A DNA stretch of 64,000 nt from Candidatus Helarchaeota archaeon (GCA_019058315.1 JAHPZH010000004.1:128001-192000), one strand, 5' to 3'. Shown: positions 39,173-50,692, counted from the first letter of the stretch. The notes: generated by a model from the sequence alone, not told the origin. A program made the numbers and translations.

Positions 39173-40366
39173 GTGTGGTATATATTGATAAAAAAAGAAA
39201 GAATAAAAAGAATTATATCAAAACTTCAAGAAATAGAAAAATTTAAGAATCAAGATTTAAAAATAGGAATAGCTCCAGGTAGAATTAATTTAATAGGTGA
39301 ACATACAGATTATAATGAGGGATTTGTATTTCCTTGCGCAGTCTCTAGAGAAAATATTATGGCTGCAATTCCTTCTGAAACTCAAAAAATAAAAATTTAT
39401 TCATTAAATTACAGCGAATTTTTACAATTCTCCTTGGATGAATTGAAACTTACTGGAAATTGGATAGATTATATAAAAGGTGTTGTTTTTTATCTAAAAG
39501 AATACGGATATAAAATAAAGGGGATGACGGGTGTCCTTCATAGTACTGTTTCTATAGGAGGAGGATTAAGTTCATCTGCCGCATTAGAAGTAGTTACAGC
39601 CTATTTATTCAAATTATTATATAATTTAGAAATTGATTATAAAGAACTGGCTTTAATTTGTTACAAAGCAGAACGAAATTTTATGAATATTTCATGTGGA
39701 ATTATGGATCAATTTATTTCAACTCTTGGAAAGGAAAATTGTTTTCTCTTTCTTGATTGTCGTCCTCCATATAGCTATGAACAAATCGTATTACCACGAC
39801 AAGATGTAAGAATGGTAATTATGGATACCAAAATACATCATGCAGCAAGTAAAATCTTAAATATCAGAAGAAAGGAATGTTCTAAAGGAGTGGAAATAAT
39901 TCGAAATAAAACAGGTATAAATTTTAAATCCTTAAGAGATATTTCAATAGAAGAATTTGAAAAATTCACAGATTTCTTACCACAACCAATAAAAAACAGA
40001 TGTGAACATGTTATTAATGAAAATCAAAGAGTCCTTAATGCGAAAGAAGCAATTAAAGTTGGAGATTTTAAACTTTTAGGAAATTTAATGTACAAATCTC
40101 ATTATAGTTTGGATACATTATATGAGGTAAGTTCTAAAGAATTAAATACTATGGTTCAAATTGCAAAAGATATAGAAGGTGTTATTGGAGCTAGAATGAC
40201 TGGAGCCGGTCTAGGCGGGTGTGCGTGCTGTATATGTTACGAATGGGCTATAGAAGAGTTAATTAATAAAGCAAAAAATGTTTATGAAAAGACTTATGGA
40301 ATAAAACCTGCTATTTATGCGTGTAACATAAGTGATGGGGCGAGAGAATTAAAAAATATAGAATAA
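39173..40366 (+). CDS. galK: Galactokinase
   Basis: APGRINLIGEHTDYNEG, GLSSSAA, CGIMDQ, GARMTGAG. Confidence 0.95.
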   Translation: MWYILIKKERIKRIISKLQEIEKFKNQDLKIGIAPGRINLIGEHTDYNEGFVFPCAVSRENIMAAIPSETQKIKIYSLNYSEFLQFSLDELKLTGNWIDYIKGVVFYLKEYGYKIKGMTGVLHSTVSIGGGLSSSAALEVVTAYLFKLLYNLEIDYKELALICYKAERNFMNISCGIMDQFISTLGKENCFLFLDCRPPYSYEQIVLPRQDVRMVIMDTKIHHAASKILNIRRKECSKGVEIIRNKTGINFKSLRDISIEEFEKFTDFLPQPIKNRCEHVINENQRVLNAKEAIKVGDFKLLGNLMYKSHYSLDTLYEVSSKELNTMVQIAKDIEGVIGARMTGAGLGGCACCICYEWAIEELINKAKNVYEKTYGIKPAIYACNISDGARELKNIE

Positions 40367-40496
40367 TGATAACTATTTGAAAATTAAATTGAATTCTTGA
40401 ATTTAACATTATTATATATTATTTAAATATCAGTAAAATAGAAATAGTAATATTTCAAAATCAAAACAATTTCATCATAATTAAAAATCACGAGAG

Positions 40497-41090
40497 TTGA
40501 GGAATTTGGATGAGTATGATCAGTTTGATATAGAGTATGCAAAAAGATTAATTTTAAGAGGATTAATAGGTGCAGGTATTGCAATTATATTAAGTGCAAT
40601 TGCTTATTTATTAGTATTACGAGAAAATGCATTTAGAATTTTTAAAGGTGTAATGCAATTTCAACAAAATTTCGTTAATGTCGTAAATCCTGTAATAGTT
40701 ACAGGCTTAATTGTGTTAACAATGTCTTTAGTTTCACCCACCACAGTTTTTTTACCTGTTTTTAGCCAAGCAGATGCCGTTCCACTAGCTATAGCGGCAG
40801 TTTTAATTTGGATTATTGTCGGAACTATCATGGGTCTCATTTCTAAAAATAGTTGGAAAGGTGCTGAAGCTGCTTTTTGGTCTACATTAATGACTTTCGT
40901 GTTAGCAGTAATATTAGCTCTTATTGCGGTTTTTAATATTGGACTTTTATTAGGTGGAACTTTAGCTGCATTCGGATGGTTTCTTGTAATAGTTGGCTCG
41001 GCCTATCTTGCTGCGCTTACGTTTGGTATTTCATTGGTATTTGGTTTTATCGGCGGATATATTGGATCAAAAATATTTGAAGAATATTAA
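40497..41090 (+). CDS. Hypothetical integral membrane protein
   Basis: About 5 hydrophobic Gly/Ala-rich segments, C-terminal GFIGGYIG. Confidence 0.8.
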   Translation: MRNLDEYDQFDIEYAKRLILRGLIGAGIAIILSAIAYLLVLRENAFRIFKGVMQFQQNFVNVVNPVIVTGLIVLTMSLVSPTTVFLPVFSQADAVPLAIAAVLIWIIVGTIMGLISKNSWKGAEAAFWSTLMTFVLAVILALIAVFNIGLLLGGTLAAFGWFLVIVGSAYLAALTFGISLVFGFIGGYIGSKIFEEY

Positions 41091-41158
41091 AATTTCTTTA
41101 TTGAATTGAGTAAGACGAAGAAATAACTTATTAAAAAAAACTGGTTCAATCCATTTTT

Positions 41159-43441
41159 TTATTGTTTAGTTTTAGACTTCTTATTACTTTTTTTCGTTTT
41201 TTTTGCCTTTTTGGATTTTTTAGTCTTTTTATTTTCTTTTGATTCTTTTTCTTTTTTACCTTTTTCAGTTTTTTTTACCATTTCTTCAGCGGTTTTATCT
41301 TTTTCAGTTTCTTTTTCTTTATCTTTAACCTGTTTTTTTGATTTAGCAGGTTTTTTTGGATGTTGAGTCCAATTCACACAAGTATTAAATGGTCTTCTTC
41401 CTGGTAATCGCAAGTTCAACATTGGATATTTTATATTAAAAGTTTCATAACAATATTTACAAAACTTATCTCGAATTGGAGTAATTTTACCCTTTTGGGC
41501 AACTGGAAAGGAATTTGTACAATCTGGATAATTCGAGCAACCTATAAATCTTTTCTTCGTAGTCTTTGATCTAATAATTCTTAACTCTCCATCACATTTT
41601 GTACATTTTCCAATTAATCTTTTTTCACGTAAAGTTGTTATAACAGATTCTGCAAGGAATTCTCCTATTTCTTTCTCTTTCTTTTTAAAATCATCTAAAA
41701 TAGGTCCAAGTGTTCTTCTAACTGATAAAAGGACATCTTCACGATTCCTTTTTTCTTGTTCAATTTCATCCATCTCATTTTCTAACTGACGTGTAAGTGA
41801 AGTAGATAGAATATCTGGGCAATAATTTCTAAGAGTACGTACTACTTCTTGCCCTAAATCCGTAATTTCGATAGATTTTCCCCAAATATATCCACGTTGG
41901 TATAAAATATCAATTATATTTGCCCTCGTTGCTTTAGTTCCAATTTCGTGTTTTTCCATTAATTTTCTAAGTGAATTTGGATTAAGTCTTGATGGTGATG
42001 AATCAAATTTTTCATTTAGATTAATGTTAAAAGGTATTTTTTGACCAATTGTTAATTTTGGGAGTAAAATTTCCTTAGTTTTTGAATATGGGTAGAATTC
42101 TAACCATCCCTCCTCCAAGATTTGCCTCCCTCTAAGGTAGAACGTATGACCATTAACAGCTATATGAGTCTTTATGCTTTTAATTTTTGCCGGATCTGCA
42201 AAAATAGCAAAAAATCGTCTAACAATTAATTCATAAATTTTTTCTTCGACGCTTGATAATGTTTTTGGTAAATCTCCTGTCGGTAGAACTGGAGGGTGGG
42301 CAGGATCTGTTTTTTTTCCTTGTGTTGGGACTAATTGCTTTAGCGATAATATTTTATTTGCATGAGTTGAAAATTTTGTTGATTTTTCTAATGAATTTAA
42401 AATCGTCTTTACATCAATATCCGGTGGGATAATTTCATTTGATGTTCGTGGGTAACTTATTAGACCAGATAGATATAACCGTTCACTAATTTTTAAAGTT
42501 TGTGATGGAGTATAACCAAAATAATTGTATGAATCTGTCTGTAAATGGCTTAAATTAAATGGTGCTGGGGGTTTTCTGCTCATTTCTCTTTCTTCAATGT
42601 TTGTAATTTCCCCATCCTTACCTTTACATTCAGAAATTATCTTCTCTGCTTCTTTCTTATATTTTATACGTTTTGAAGAATATTCTATCTCAAATTTTTT
42701 AGTTCCGATTTTGGCCTTTCCTTCAATTGTCCAATAAGGTTTTGGAACAAAACTTTGAATTTTTCTCTCTCTTTCTTCTATAAAGGTTAATGTAGGACCT
42801 TGTACACGTCCAATGCTCAATAAATAAAATTTAAGGAGATCTGTGCTTTTTACTGCAGAAACCAAAGCGATAGAAAGGTTGATTCCATAAATAAAATCGA
42901 CTTCGTGACGTGTAAGTCCCGCTTCAATCAAATTATAATCTAAGCTCGGAAGTAAATTATCATATGCATTTAAAATTCCTTTTTGAGTTAAGGTTGAAAA
43001 TTTCATTCTTTTTGCTGTTTCATCTGATTTAGGTGGGCAACAAAATTTTAAGATATTATAACCTATGGTAGACCCCTCCAAATCATAATCACAGGCGTTA
43101 ATAAATGTTTTACAGTTTTTAGATAATTTTTCAATAAATTCTATAAAAGGTTTTGTGTGTTTTGCTTTCTTATCTTTTATATATGAGGCAATCCATTTCG
43201 TATCCCAAAAAGGATATTCCCATTTGTTTTCTTCATCTTGTCTCTCCACCGTAAATAAATGTCCAATACCCGATACGATTAATATGTCCTCATTATTTCT
43301 TCTCGCTTGATAAAAAGTTACCTTATTTTCTATTAATTTCTTTGGCTTTCCTGACTCATCTAATATTTTTGAAATTTTTACACATGCTGTGGGTTTTTCA
43401 CAAATTATTAATTTTGAATATGTGGTAGCCATTTCAATCAA
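41159..43441 (-). CDS. topA: DNA topoisomerase type IA
   Basis: Toprim EKP / DYDLEG, SIGRVQGPTL, catalytic ISYPRT, IGTKATRA, C-terminal Zn ribbons and Lys-rich tail. Confidence 0.96.
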   Translation of the reverse strand: MIEMATTYSKLIICEKPTACVKISKILDESGKPKKLIENKVTFYQARRNNEDILIVSGIGHLFTVERQDEENKWEYPFWDTKWIASYIKDKKAKHTKPFIEFIEKLSKNCKTFINACDYDLEGSTIGYNILKFCCPPKSDETAKRMKFSTLTQKGILNAYDNLLPSLDYNLIEAGLTRHEVDFIYGINLSIALVSAVKSTDLLKFYLLSIGRVQGPTLTFIEERERKIQSFVPKPYWTIEGKAKIGTKKFEIEYSSKRIKYKKEAEKIISECKGKDGEITNIEEREMSRKPPAPFNLSHLQTDSYNYFGYTPSQTLKISERLYLSGLISYPRTSNEIIPPDIDVKTILNSLEKSTKFSTHANKILSLKQLVPTQGKKTDPAHPPVLPTGDLPKTLSSVEEKIYELIVRRFFAIFADPAKIKSIKTHIAVNGHTFYLRGRQILEEGWLEFYPYSKTKEILLPKLTIGQKIPFNINLNEKFDSSPSRLNPNSLRKLMEKHEIGTKATRANIIDILYQRGYIWGKSIEITDLGQEVVRTLRNYCPDILSTSLTRQLENEMDEIEQEKRNREDVLLSVRRTLGPILDDFKKKEKEIGEFLAESVITTLREKRLIGKCTKCDGELRIIRSKTTKKRFIGCSNYPDCTNSFPVAQKGKITPIRDKFCKYCYETFNIKYPMLNLRLPGRRPFNTCVNWTQHPKKPAKSKKQVKDKEKETEKDKTAEEMVKKTEKGKKEKESKENKKTKKSKKAKKTKKSNKKSKTKQ

Positions 43442-43476
43442 GCTCCAATAAAGTCATATAAATTATTGAATTAAAT

Positions 43477-44280
43477 TCATTTTAATTCTTTGTTAATTAA
43501 ATTTTCCAATTCATTAAATTGTACATTTCTAATTCCCCTTATTTTATCTTTAGCGCCAGTTAAATTAAAAATAGTGGCATCAGACCATGTACTTACCCAC
43601 TTTATTAATGATTTTGCAATCTTTAATTTCCTTATTTTTATCTTATTTGCAACAATATCTTTTTTTAATGAAGGTTTAGAGAATTTACCTACAATATTTC
43701 CAAAATCAAATCCAACCAAAAAAATCCTTTTTGCTTTGAAATATTCTGCAATGAAGACTCCTCTATCTCCATCTGTAAAACCTCCAAAATTCTTAACATT
43801 CTCAAGTGGTCTCGTTTGTGTTGTACCAATAATCTTTTTGAATTTTGGAACATATTTTTTTAAAAATGGAATATTGTCGCCATGAGCATGAACAAAACTA
43901 ATGGTTCTTTTATCATTAGCATTTAAAAGATCAATAATATCTCCATCTAAATCTGTAACGCTAATTTGAGGATATAAATGATGTTTGATAAGTGCGGAAA
44001 TTGAACCATTTGCTGCAATATTTATTATTTTTTTGTCAAATATATTCAATTCCATTAAATCTTCAATATTTTTTTCTAAAGAAGGACCACATCCATAAAC
44101 GAATATATTTTGATTTGAAATAAGGGAATTGACTTCATTCAAAATGTTTGATGTATCTCTAGATTCCAATAGGTCGTCCAGTAATTTGGCAGCTTTTTCA
44201 TCTTTTAAAAAATTTAATTTTAATTCTTTCTTAATTTTTTTATACCATGGTTTCCAAGTATCCCAATTCGTCTGGAACAC
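43477..44280 (-). CDS. mptE: 6-hydroxymethyl-7,8-dihydropterin pyrophosphokinase
   Basis: GCGPSL, VTDLDG, HAHGDN, GGFTDGDR. Confidence 0.9.
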   Translation of the reverse strand: MFQTNWDTWKPWYKKIKKELKLNFLKDEKAAKLLDDLLESRDTSNILNEVNSLISNQNIFVYGCGPSLEKNIEDLMELNIFDKKIINIAANGSISALIKHHLYPQISVTDLDGDIIDLLNANDKRTISFVHAHGDNIPFLKKYVPKFKKIIGTTQTRPLENVKNFGGFTDGDRGVFIAEYFKAKRIFLVGFDFGNIVGKFSKPSLKKDIVANKIKIRKLKIAKSLIKWVSTWSDATIFNLTGAKDKIRGIRNVQFNELENLINKELK

Positions 44281-44405
44281 TCCCGATTTTATTATTAGTT
44301 TTTAATTAAAGATTTAAAATAGTTTGGATGTAAAAAGTTTTATTAACATAATTTTGAATTTTTGCATAAAAGGAAAAAGAAAGATTTATTCAAAGTGAAA
44401 TTTTA

Positions 44406-45530
44406 ATGGATAAATCAAAAATTAGAAAATTAGGTCTCATCGTCAATCCCATTGCGGGAATTGGAGGAAAAGTCGGTTTAAAAGGTTCTGATAGTAAAGA
44501 GATTTTGGAAAAAGCACTTAAATTAGGGGCTAAACCCATCTCTCCAATAAGAACACGAGAATTTTTGAAACATTTAAATCCCGTTAAGACTGCAATTACA
44601 ATTATTTGTTATCCAAAGGAAATGGGAGAAGATATTGTTCGAGAATGTGGATTTACACCTGAAGTAATTGGAAAAATCGAAGAAGGAAAGACTATGGCCA
44701 AAGATACAAAAAAGGCTGCTCTGGAAATGCGCGATTTAGGAGTTAAATTAATTGCCTTTGTAGGTGGGGATGGTACTGCTCGAGATATATTTGATTCAAT
44801 TGATCAAACTATTCCTGTTCTTGGAATACCGAGCGGTGTAAAAATATATAGTAGCTGTTTCGCTATAAACCCGAGATCTGCGGCCAGAATTTGTATGAAA
44901 TTCCTATGGGAGGAATTACCAGTTAGAAAAGGTGAAGTATTAGATATTGACGAAGAAAAATATCGTGAACAAAAGCTAGATATTAAATTTTATGGCAACC
45001 TACACGTTCCTTATGAACCAACTTTAATCCAAGATAGTAAAATGGCTAGTCCATTTACGACAAATGAACATGAAAATCAAATAGGAATTGCACACCAAAT
45101 AATTGAAGAAATGGATGATAAAACAATCTATATTTTAGGACCCGGAACTACTGTTATGGCAATAAATGAAGTATTGGGAGAAGAAAAATCTTTATTAGGT
45201 GTAGATTTAATACAAAATAGAAAAATTATCGCTTTGGATGTTGGTGAAAAACAAATATTAGACATTATTAGAAATAAAAATGCAAAAATCATAATTTCAC
45301 CCTTAGGTCGTCAAGGTATCTTATTTGGTCGAGGTAATCAGCAAATTAGTCCTAATGTAATTCGAGAGGTTGGCATTAAAAATTTAATTATTCTCGCTAC
45401 ACGGTATAAATTAAGGACTATTAACCATTTTAGGGTCGATACTCAAGATCCAAAATTGGATGAAGAATTAAAAGGTTATATCCGTGTTGTTGTTGATTAT
45501 AATGAATTAAGAATGATGAAAGTCGAATAA
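44406..45530 (+). CDS. ATP-NAD kinase / AcoX-family protein
   Basis: VNPIAGIGG..GLKGSD, GGDGTARD, GRGNQQ. Confidence 0.88.
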   Translation: MDKSKIRKLGLIVNPIAGIGGKVGLKGSDSKEILEKALKLGAKPISPIRTREFLKHLNPVKTAITIICYPKEMGEDIVRECGFTPEVIGKIEEGKTMAKDTKKAALEMRDLGVKLIAFVGGDGTARDIFDSIDQTIPVLGIPSGVKIYSSCFAINPRSAARICMKFLWEELPVRKGEVLDIDEEKYREQKLDIKFYGNLHVPYEPTLIQDSKMASPFTTNEHENQIGIAHQIIEEMDDKTIYILGPGTTVMAINEVLGEEKSLLGVDLIQNRKIIALDVGEKQILDIIRNKNAKIIISPLGRQGILFGRGNQQISPNVIREVGIKNLIILATRYKLRTINHFRVDTQDPKLDEELKGYIRVVVDYNELRMMKVE

Positions 45531-45737
45531 TAGGATATTTGTTTTTGATATGGTAAAAAAACTATTTGATTTAAAGATATTATATTTTTAATTTGAGGGT
45601 TTTATTAATAAAGCTCATTTATGAATTGAATAAAAGAAAAAAAATAAAGGACTTTACCAAAATTCTTTAATAAATTTAATAATAATTAGAATTAAATTAA
45701 AAACCATATTACAGTCGTTTCCTAGGAAGAACTTATT

Positions 45738-48700
45738 TTGGGTAAGACTACACGCAAAGTCAAGAACGTTTTCAAGAGTGTATTCCATCGTCCAACAGTT
45801 CATGTTGGAAAAGAAAACATATTACTTGGGATTTTATTAATTTGTATTGTAATTTTAGCTTTTATGGTCAGAATATTCCCAATACTTTATTCTTATCCAA
45901 TTCTTAAAGCATTTGACCCATATATTCAATATACTATTACTCAATATATAGTAGAAAACGGTTATCTTTCTTTATTTACATGGATTAATCAACAAGCGTG
46001 GTATCCGATCGGCTATCGAATGTACAAATTCTTACCAGGCACACCATATATGGCAGCTACATTATATCACATTCTACATTTTTTTGGAGTAAATACCACT
46101 CTATGGGAAACAGTTATTATATTTCCCGCCGTAATGGGGACTGCTTCAACTGTATTAATGTTTTTTTTAGGGGATGTGGTAGGAAATAGAAAAACTGGAT
46201 TATTAGCATCATTTCTACTTGCATTAAGTCCAGCATACCTTCAAAGAACTGTTGCTGGGTTTTTTGATAACGAAACCGTAGGGATTTTCTTTATTATATG
46301 GGTTTTATTTTTCTTCGTACGTGCTTTAAAAAATGATTCATTAATATCTGCATTAATTTCAGGATTAGGACTCGGAGCTTTAATGTGTTCTTGGGGCGCG
46401 TACACATATATTATCGATTTATTACCATTGACAGCTTTATTGTTAATATTAATGAAGAAATACTCTCGTCGCTTACTAATTAATTATTCGATTACTATTG
46501 GTGTTGGGATTTTTATCGGAACACGATTTCCTGTTAATACTATTAGTATATTTTATGATATTACAATATTAATTCCTCTGGGAATGGTAGGTCTACTTTT
46601 TCTATGTGAAATATACCAAAGATGGAAAAATTCTCAGGCAATTATGACTCTCCAAGCAAATTGGAGGAAAATTCTTGGGTATTTTCTCGGAGGAATAATC
46701 GTATTATTAGGACTTTTATGGTTAACTGATACATTAAATGCCTTTTTAAAACTAATGGAAGGTTTGCCTTTCGTAGGGATTGGTGGGAGAAATCTTGCAG
46801 TTTTAAACCCATTATCAGCAGCCTTTATAACTCAATCAGTAGGAGAACACCTTCCTTCTCCATGGAGTGTTTATTATTATAATTTACATATATTATTGAT
46901 TATATTACCCATTGGATTCTTTTTCCTATTTAAAAGACTACGGGAAGAGGATTTACTGATTATTTTATTTGGAATTACAACTTTATATTTTTCTGGTTCT
47001 TTTATAAGACTTCTTTTAATTCTTGCACCTTCTGCATCATTAATTAGTGCATTTGGTCTAACAAGTTTACTTAAACCATTTTCACAAATTTTTAGAAAGA
47101 AATATGTTCTTGTTAGACGAAGAAAAAGGTACGCAAACCTAATTAATAGACAATCTAGCGTAGGAGTATTCGCATTAGTAGGATTTTTATTGATTTTATA
47201 TTCAATTCACGGAATATATACATCAGGATACCAACTTTCTGGGTCTGCTATGCAACCAGCGGGATTACATGATTGGGAAGAAACTTGGTCATGGATGAGG
47301 TCTTCTTTACCTCCCGGTACTGTTGTTTGTTCTTGGTGGGACTATGGTTACTGGATTACTAAAGCAGGTAACCAAACTTCAAACGCTGATAATGGTACTA
47401 TTAATGCTACACAGATTGCGCTTATCGGCAGAATGTTTATGGCTAATGACGAGCTAGAATCAATAAAAATATTAAAGATGTTAGGTTCCGATTATGTGTT
47501 AGTACATTGGGGTTATTATACTGGAATTGGTGGTGATGAAGGTAAATGGGTCTGGATGCTTAAGATTGGTTACGAAAATCCAATATTAAATTTAATAACA
47601 TATCCATTAATCATCTGGGATTATTACAATGAAGAAACTGGTCTACCTAACGGTACCTTCTTTCAATCAACCATCTGGAAAATGTTAACTTGTGGAGAAC
47701 TTTTCTTTCCAGATACGGATGCATATAGCGAGATTCAACAAAATTACTTATATTCCACTTTTCACTACCGAATGCATACAAACGTTGACGCGAGAGGAAA
47801 ATTATGGAAAGATCGTTTTCCTTTCGATGATCCTGCAAACAATTTCAAAGAAGTTGGCGGATTTGACCACCAAGCATATGAAATAAGATATAATGGTTTA
47901 GATGCACCAATTGCTGGATTGAGATACTTTGATGTGGCGTTCTTTTCAACAAATCATTTGGTAAAGGTATATAAAATAAATTATGAATTAGCTGCTTTAC
48001 AAGCTAAAATAAATGATATCTCTCTTTATAATAACGGAATTTCAACATTAAAATTGGAGAATACGGGTGAAACACCATTTAAAGTAACTTCAATTAAAAT
48101 TGGAAATAATGAAATTACTACTGGAAATATTACTCTTCTATCCGGACCAGATACAGATAATGTTTCAATAGGAGATGAATTGTTAATTAGGACAGTGGGT
48201 GAACCTCTTCCAGTTAATTCTACACAAACTATTCAAATAACAATTGAAGATCTTTCTGATCCAACATTAACAAATCCACATATATATGCTTCTAAAAAAG
48301 TGGAAGAACCACCTACTTATAATATGACTATTATTCCCAACCAGACAGTTATTTATAGTAATGAAACTGCCTTTATTACAGTCAAAAACACAAATAGCAG
48401 TCTAATTAAAATTGATGAAATAACCTTTGATGAAATCATAAATGGAACTGTATCAGATTCAGTTACCTTTGAATCTGGAGAATTTACATATATGAATGGA
48501 AGTAGTCCCATAGTAATAAATGGAAATGAAACCACAAAGATTATGATTAACTCCACTTATATGACTGCACCCGGAAAATTTGTTAATCTTGCCCCTAACT
48601 CCTTATATAACATTACAGTTAGAGCTAAATATGAAAACCTAACTCGAGTTATACAAAAATCAGTAATCTCTAATACATCGTGTCTAACATTGCTAAATGC

Positions 48701-50609
48701 CTCCGCTTATGGAAATGAAACTGTCTTTTTTACAGTAAATAATACAGGATCAACTGCTGTTACTATTGATAAAGTCTATTTAGGTGTTCCATATTTCAAT
48801 TACTATACATCTCCTAGTATAGGCGATGGTTATGTATTAAATAGAGGAGAAATTCAAAATTTTTCTGTTAAATGGTATCCAGAACACGAAAAATTGAATT
48901 TAAATGCTTCAGAGACATTATTTTTAAATATCACTACAGATGAGACGCTTGATATAGAAGCTACAAACTATGAATTTATAACAATCGCACAACCACCTGG
49001 ATATGCCGTAAATATTACTGATGAAGCATATTCAAATGAGACACTTTATGTAAATGTAAAAAATATAGGTAATTATACAATTGAAGTAAGCGATTTTTAT
49101 ACCGATAACATTCCAACAACTGATTTTATACCACTTAATAGTACTAATAATATGTTAGATCCTGGAGATACTACTCGATTTCGAGTACATACCACATATA
49201 ATCTAAATTATACTGACGAACCAGAAGTAGGTGTTAGGACTTTCGAAGGAGCAGAAAGTGGAATAACTGTATTTGTAAACTATAGCGGTAATGTAAATAT
49301 CATTGATGCTGAAGCGGATATTGCAGGTTTTGCAATAGTTAATGTCAACAACACTGGAAATTCGCAATTAATTATAAAAGACTTTAGAATTATTACACCA
49401 ACAGAATATATCATAGAACCTGAAGACTTTTCACCCAACGATGCAGCTGGAATTATTTTGAATCCCTCGGAAAATCAGACTTATAATTTGACTTTACCAT
49501 CAGAAATTGCAGAAGCTACTAGCTTGCGTCTATTAATTAATGTTACAACTTGGGAAGGAGCTTATAATTTAGAGAATCTAACTTGGAACGTTGGAATTCA
49601 AGTAGAAAACGTATATGTCATCGATAATGGAACTATTAAACTAAATGTAACAAATATTGGACGTAATAATGTAACAATTTATCAAATGAAAGTAAACCAA
49701 ACCGAAACCTATTGGGCGAATATTACTACAAATATGACTATAACTCCTGCAGGTGCATTTCTTGAAGTAGGTCAAAGTAAGATAATAAATGTGACTTATA
49801 ATAACATGAATTTTAGTAATTATGTATTGCTAAATGTTTCAGCAAATTATACGTCAGATGAATCTGATTTAGTCTATGCCTCACCCCTAACAGAGAATGG
49901 ATATTTATTTGTACTTTCACAGACTGAAAATCTTACGATTTTAAAAGATTTCCCCTATTCATTAGTTGTTGATAATGGCACATTTGATACTAAAACTGCA
50001 AATGATACGATTAAAATAACAGTAATGAATACAGGTGCTCAAAATATTACTATTGATACGTTTGATTTATATAATAGTAGTTCATGGCTAGGATTTGGTT
50101 TTACAGATTTATTGGGAGTTTTAAGTAATAAAAACTATACATTAGAACCTTATGATTCTGTTACCTTTGTTAATACTACTATTAATAATAAAAATAAAAC
50201 TAGCTATATTGAACTTAATGCCACTAATATATTACCTATTCGAATAAATACTACAAACAATGTAGTAGATTCATTTAACTTTACAATAGTCTATAATGAA
50301 GCAAATATCACAATCCAACCATGGCCTTTAACATATGCGGATGCAAATAATGAAAAAATCAATGCGACTATTACAAATTATGGAGATAGTATATTAACTT
50401 TAACAAGAATAGAAGTTAATGATGATGCACAAGATACAGTAAACGAGACTGATTTTGTAGACTTACCTCGCACTTTATTACCTGGGCAGACTAGAATTTA
50501 TATGTTGACTCCTCAAGGTGGTATTTCTAATGGAACTACATATACTATAGAAGTATATACAAATGATCCTTTCACAAATACATTAAGAGACATTATAGGA
50601 CTTGAATGA
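45738..50609 (+). CDS. aglB: Oligosaccharyltransferase catalytic subunit STT3/AglB with long C-terminal Ig-like repeat array
   Basis: FDPY, GFFDNE, SVGEH, WWDYG, DNGT, DEGKWVWM; multi-TM N-terminal half; about 8 repeats of V.N.G...I..I in the tail. Confidence 0.95.
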   Translation: MGKTTRKVKNVFKSVFHRPTVHVGKENILLGILLICIVILAFMVRIFPILYSYPILKAFDPYIQYTITQYIVENGYLSLFTWINQQAWYPIGYRMYKFLPGTPYMAATLYHILHFFGVNTTLWETVIIFPAVMGTASTVLMFFLGDVVGNRKTGLLASFLLALSPAYLQRTVAGFFDNETVGIFFIIWVLFFFVRALKNDSLISALISGLGLGALMCSWGAYTYIIDLLPLTALLLILMKKYSRRLLINYSITIGVGIFIGTRFPVNTISIFYDITILIPLGMVGLLFLCEIYQRWKNSQAIMTLQANWRKILGYFLGGIIVLLGLLWLTDTLNAFLKLMEGLPFVGIGGRNLAVLNPLSAAFITQSVGEHLPSPWSVYYYNLHILLIILPIGFFFLFKRLREEDLLIILFGITTLYFSGSFIRLLLILAPSASLISAFGLTSLLKPFSQIFRKKYVLVRRRKRYANLINRQSSVGVFALVGFLLILYSIHGIYTSGYQLSGSAMQPAGLHDWEETWSWMRSSLPPGTVVCSWWDYGYWITKAGNQTSNADNGTINATQIALIGRMFMANDELESIKILKMLGSDYVLVHWGYYTGIGGDEGKWVWMLKIGYENPILNLITYPLIIWDYYNEETGLPNGTFFQSTIWKMLTCGELFFPDTDAYSEIQQNYLYSTFHYRMHTNVDARGKLWKDRFPFDDPANNFKEVGGFDHQAYEIRYNGLDAPIAGLRYFDVAFFSTNHLVKVYKINYELAALQAKINDISLYNNGISTLKLENTGETPFKVTSIKIGNNEITTGNITLLSGPDTDNVSIGDELLIRTVGEPLPVNSTQTIQITIEDLSDPTLTNPHIYASKKVEEPPTYNMTIIPNQTVIYSNETAFITVKNTNSSLIKIDEITFDEIINGTVSDSVTFESGEFTYMNGSSPIVINGNETTKIMINSTYMTAPGKFVNLAPNSLYNITVRAKYENLTRVIQKSVISNTSCLTLLNASAYGNETVFFTVNNTGSTAVTIDKVYLGVPYFNYYTSPSIGDGYVLNRGEIQNFSVKWYPEHEKLNLNASETLFLNITTDETLDIEATNYEFITIAQPPGYAVNITDEAYSNETLYVNVKNIGNYTIEVSDFYTDNIPTTDFIPLNSTNNMLDPGDTTRFRVHTTYNLNYTDEPEVGVRTFEGAESGITVFVNYSGNVNIIDAEADIAGFAIVNVNNTGNSQLIIKDFRIITPTEYIIEPEDFSPNDAAGIILNPSENQTYNLTLPSEIAEATSLRLLINVTTWEGAYNLENLTWNVGIQVENVYVIDNGTIKLNVTNIGRNNVTIYQMKVNQTETYWANITTNMTITPAGAFLEVGQSKIINVTYNNMNFSNYVLLNVSANYTSDESDLVYASPLTENGYLFVLSQTENLTILKDFPYSLVVDNGTFDTKTANDTIKITVMNTGAQNITIDTFDLYNSSSWLGFGFTDLLGVLSNKNYTLEPYDSVTFVNTTINNKNKTSYIELNATNILPIRINTTNNVVDSFNFTIVYNEANITIQPWPLTYADANNEKINATITNYGDSILTLTRIEVNDDAQDTVNETDFVDLPRTLLPGQTRIYMLTPQGGISNGTTYTIEVYTNDPFTNTLRDIIGLE

Positions 50610-50692
50610 GATTTTTTTAATACTATAATCTACTAAAATTTATTTTTTTTTAAAAGTCCATTTAAGAACTAGATATTAATTATACAAGGAAG

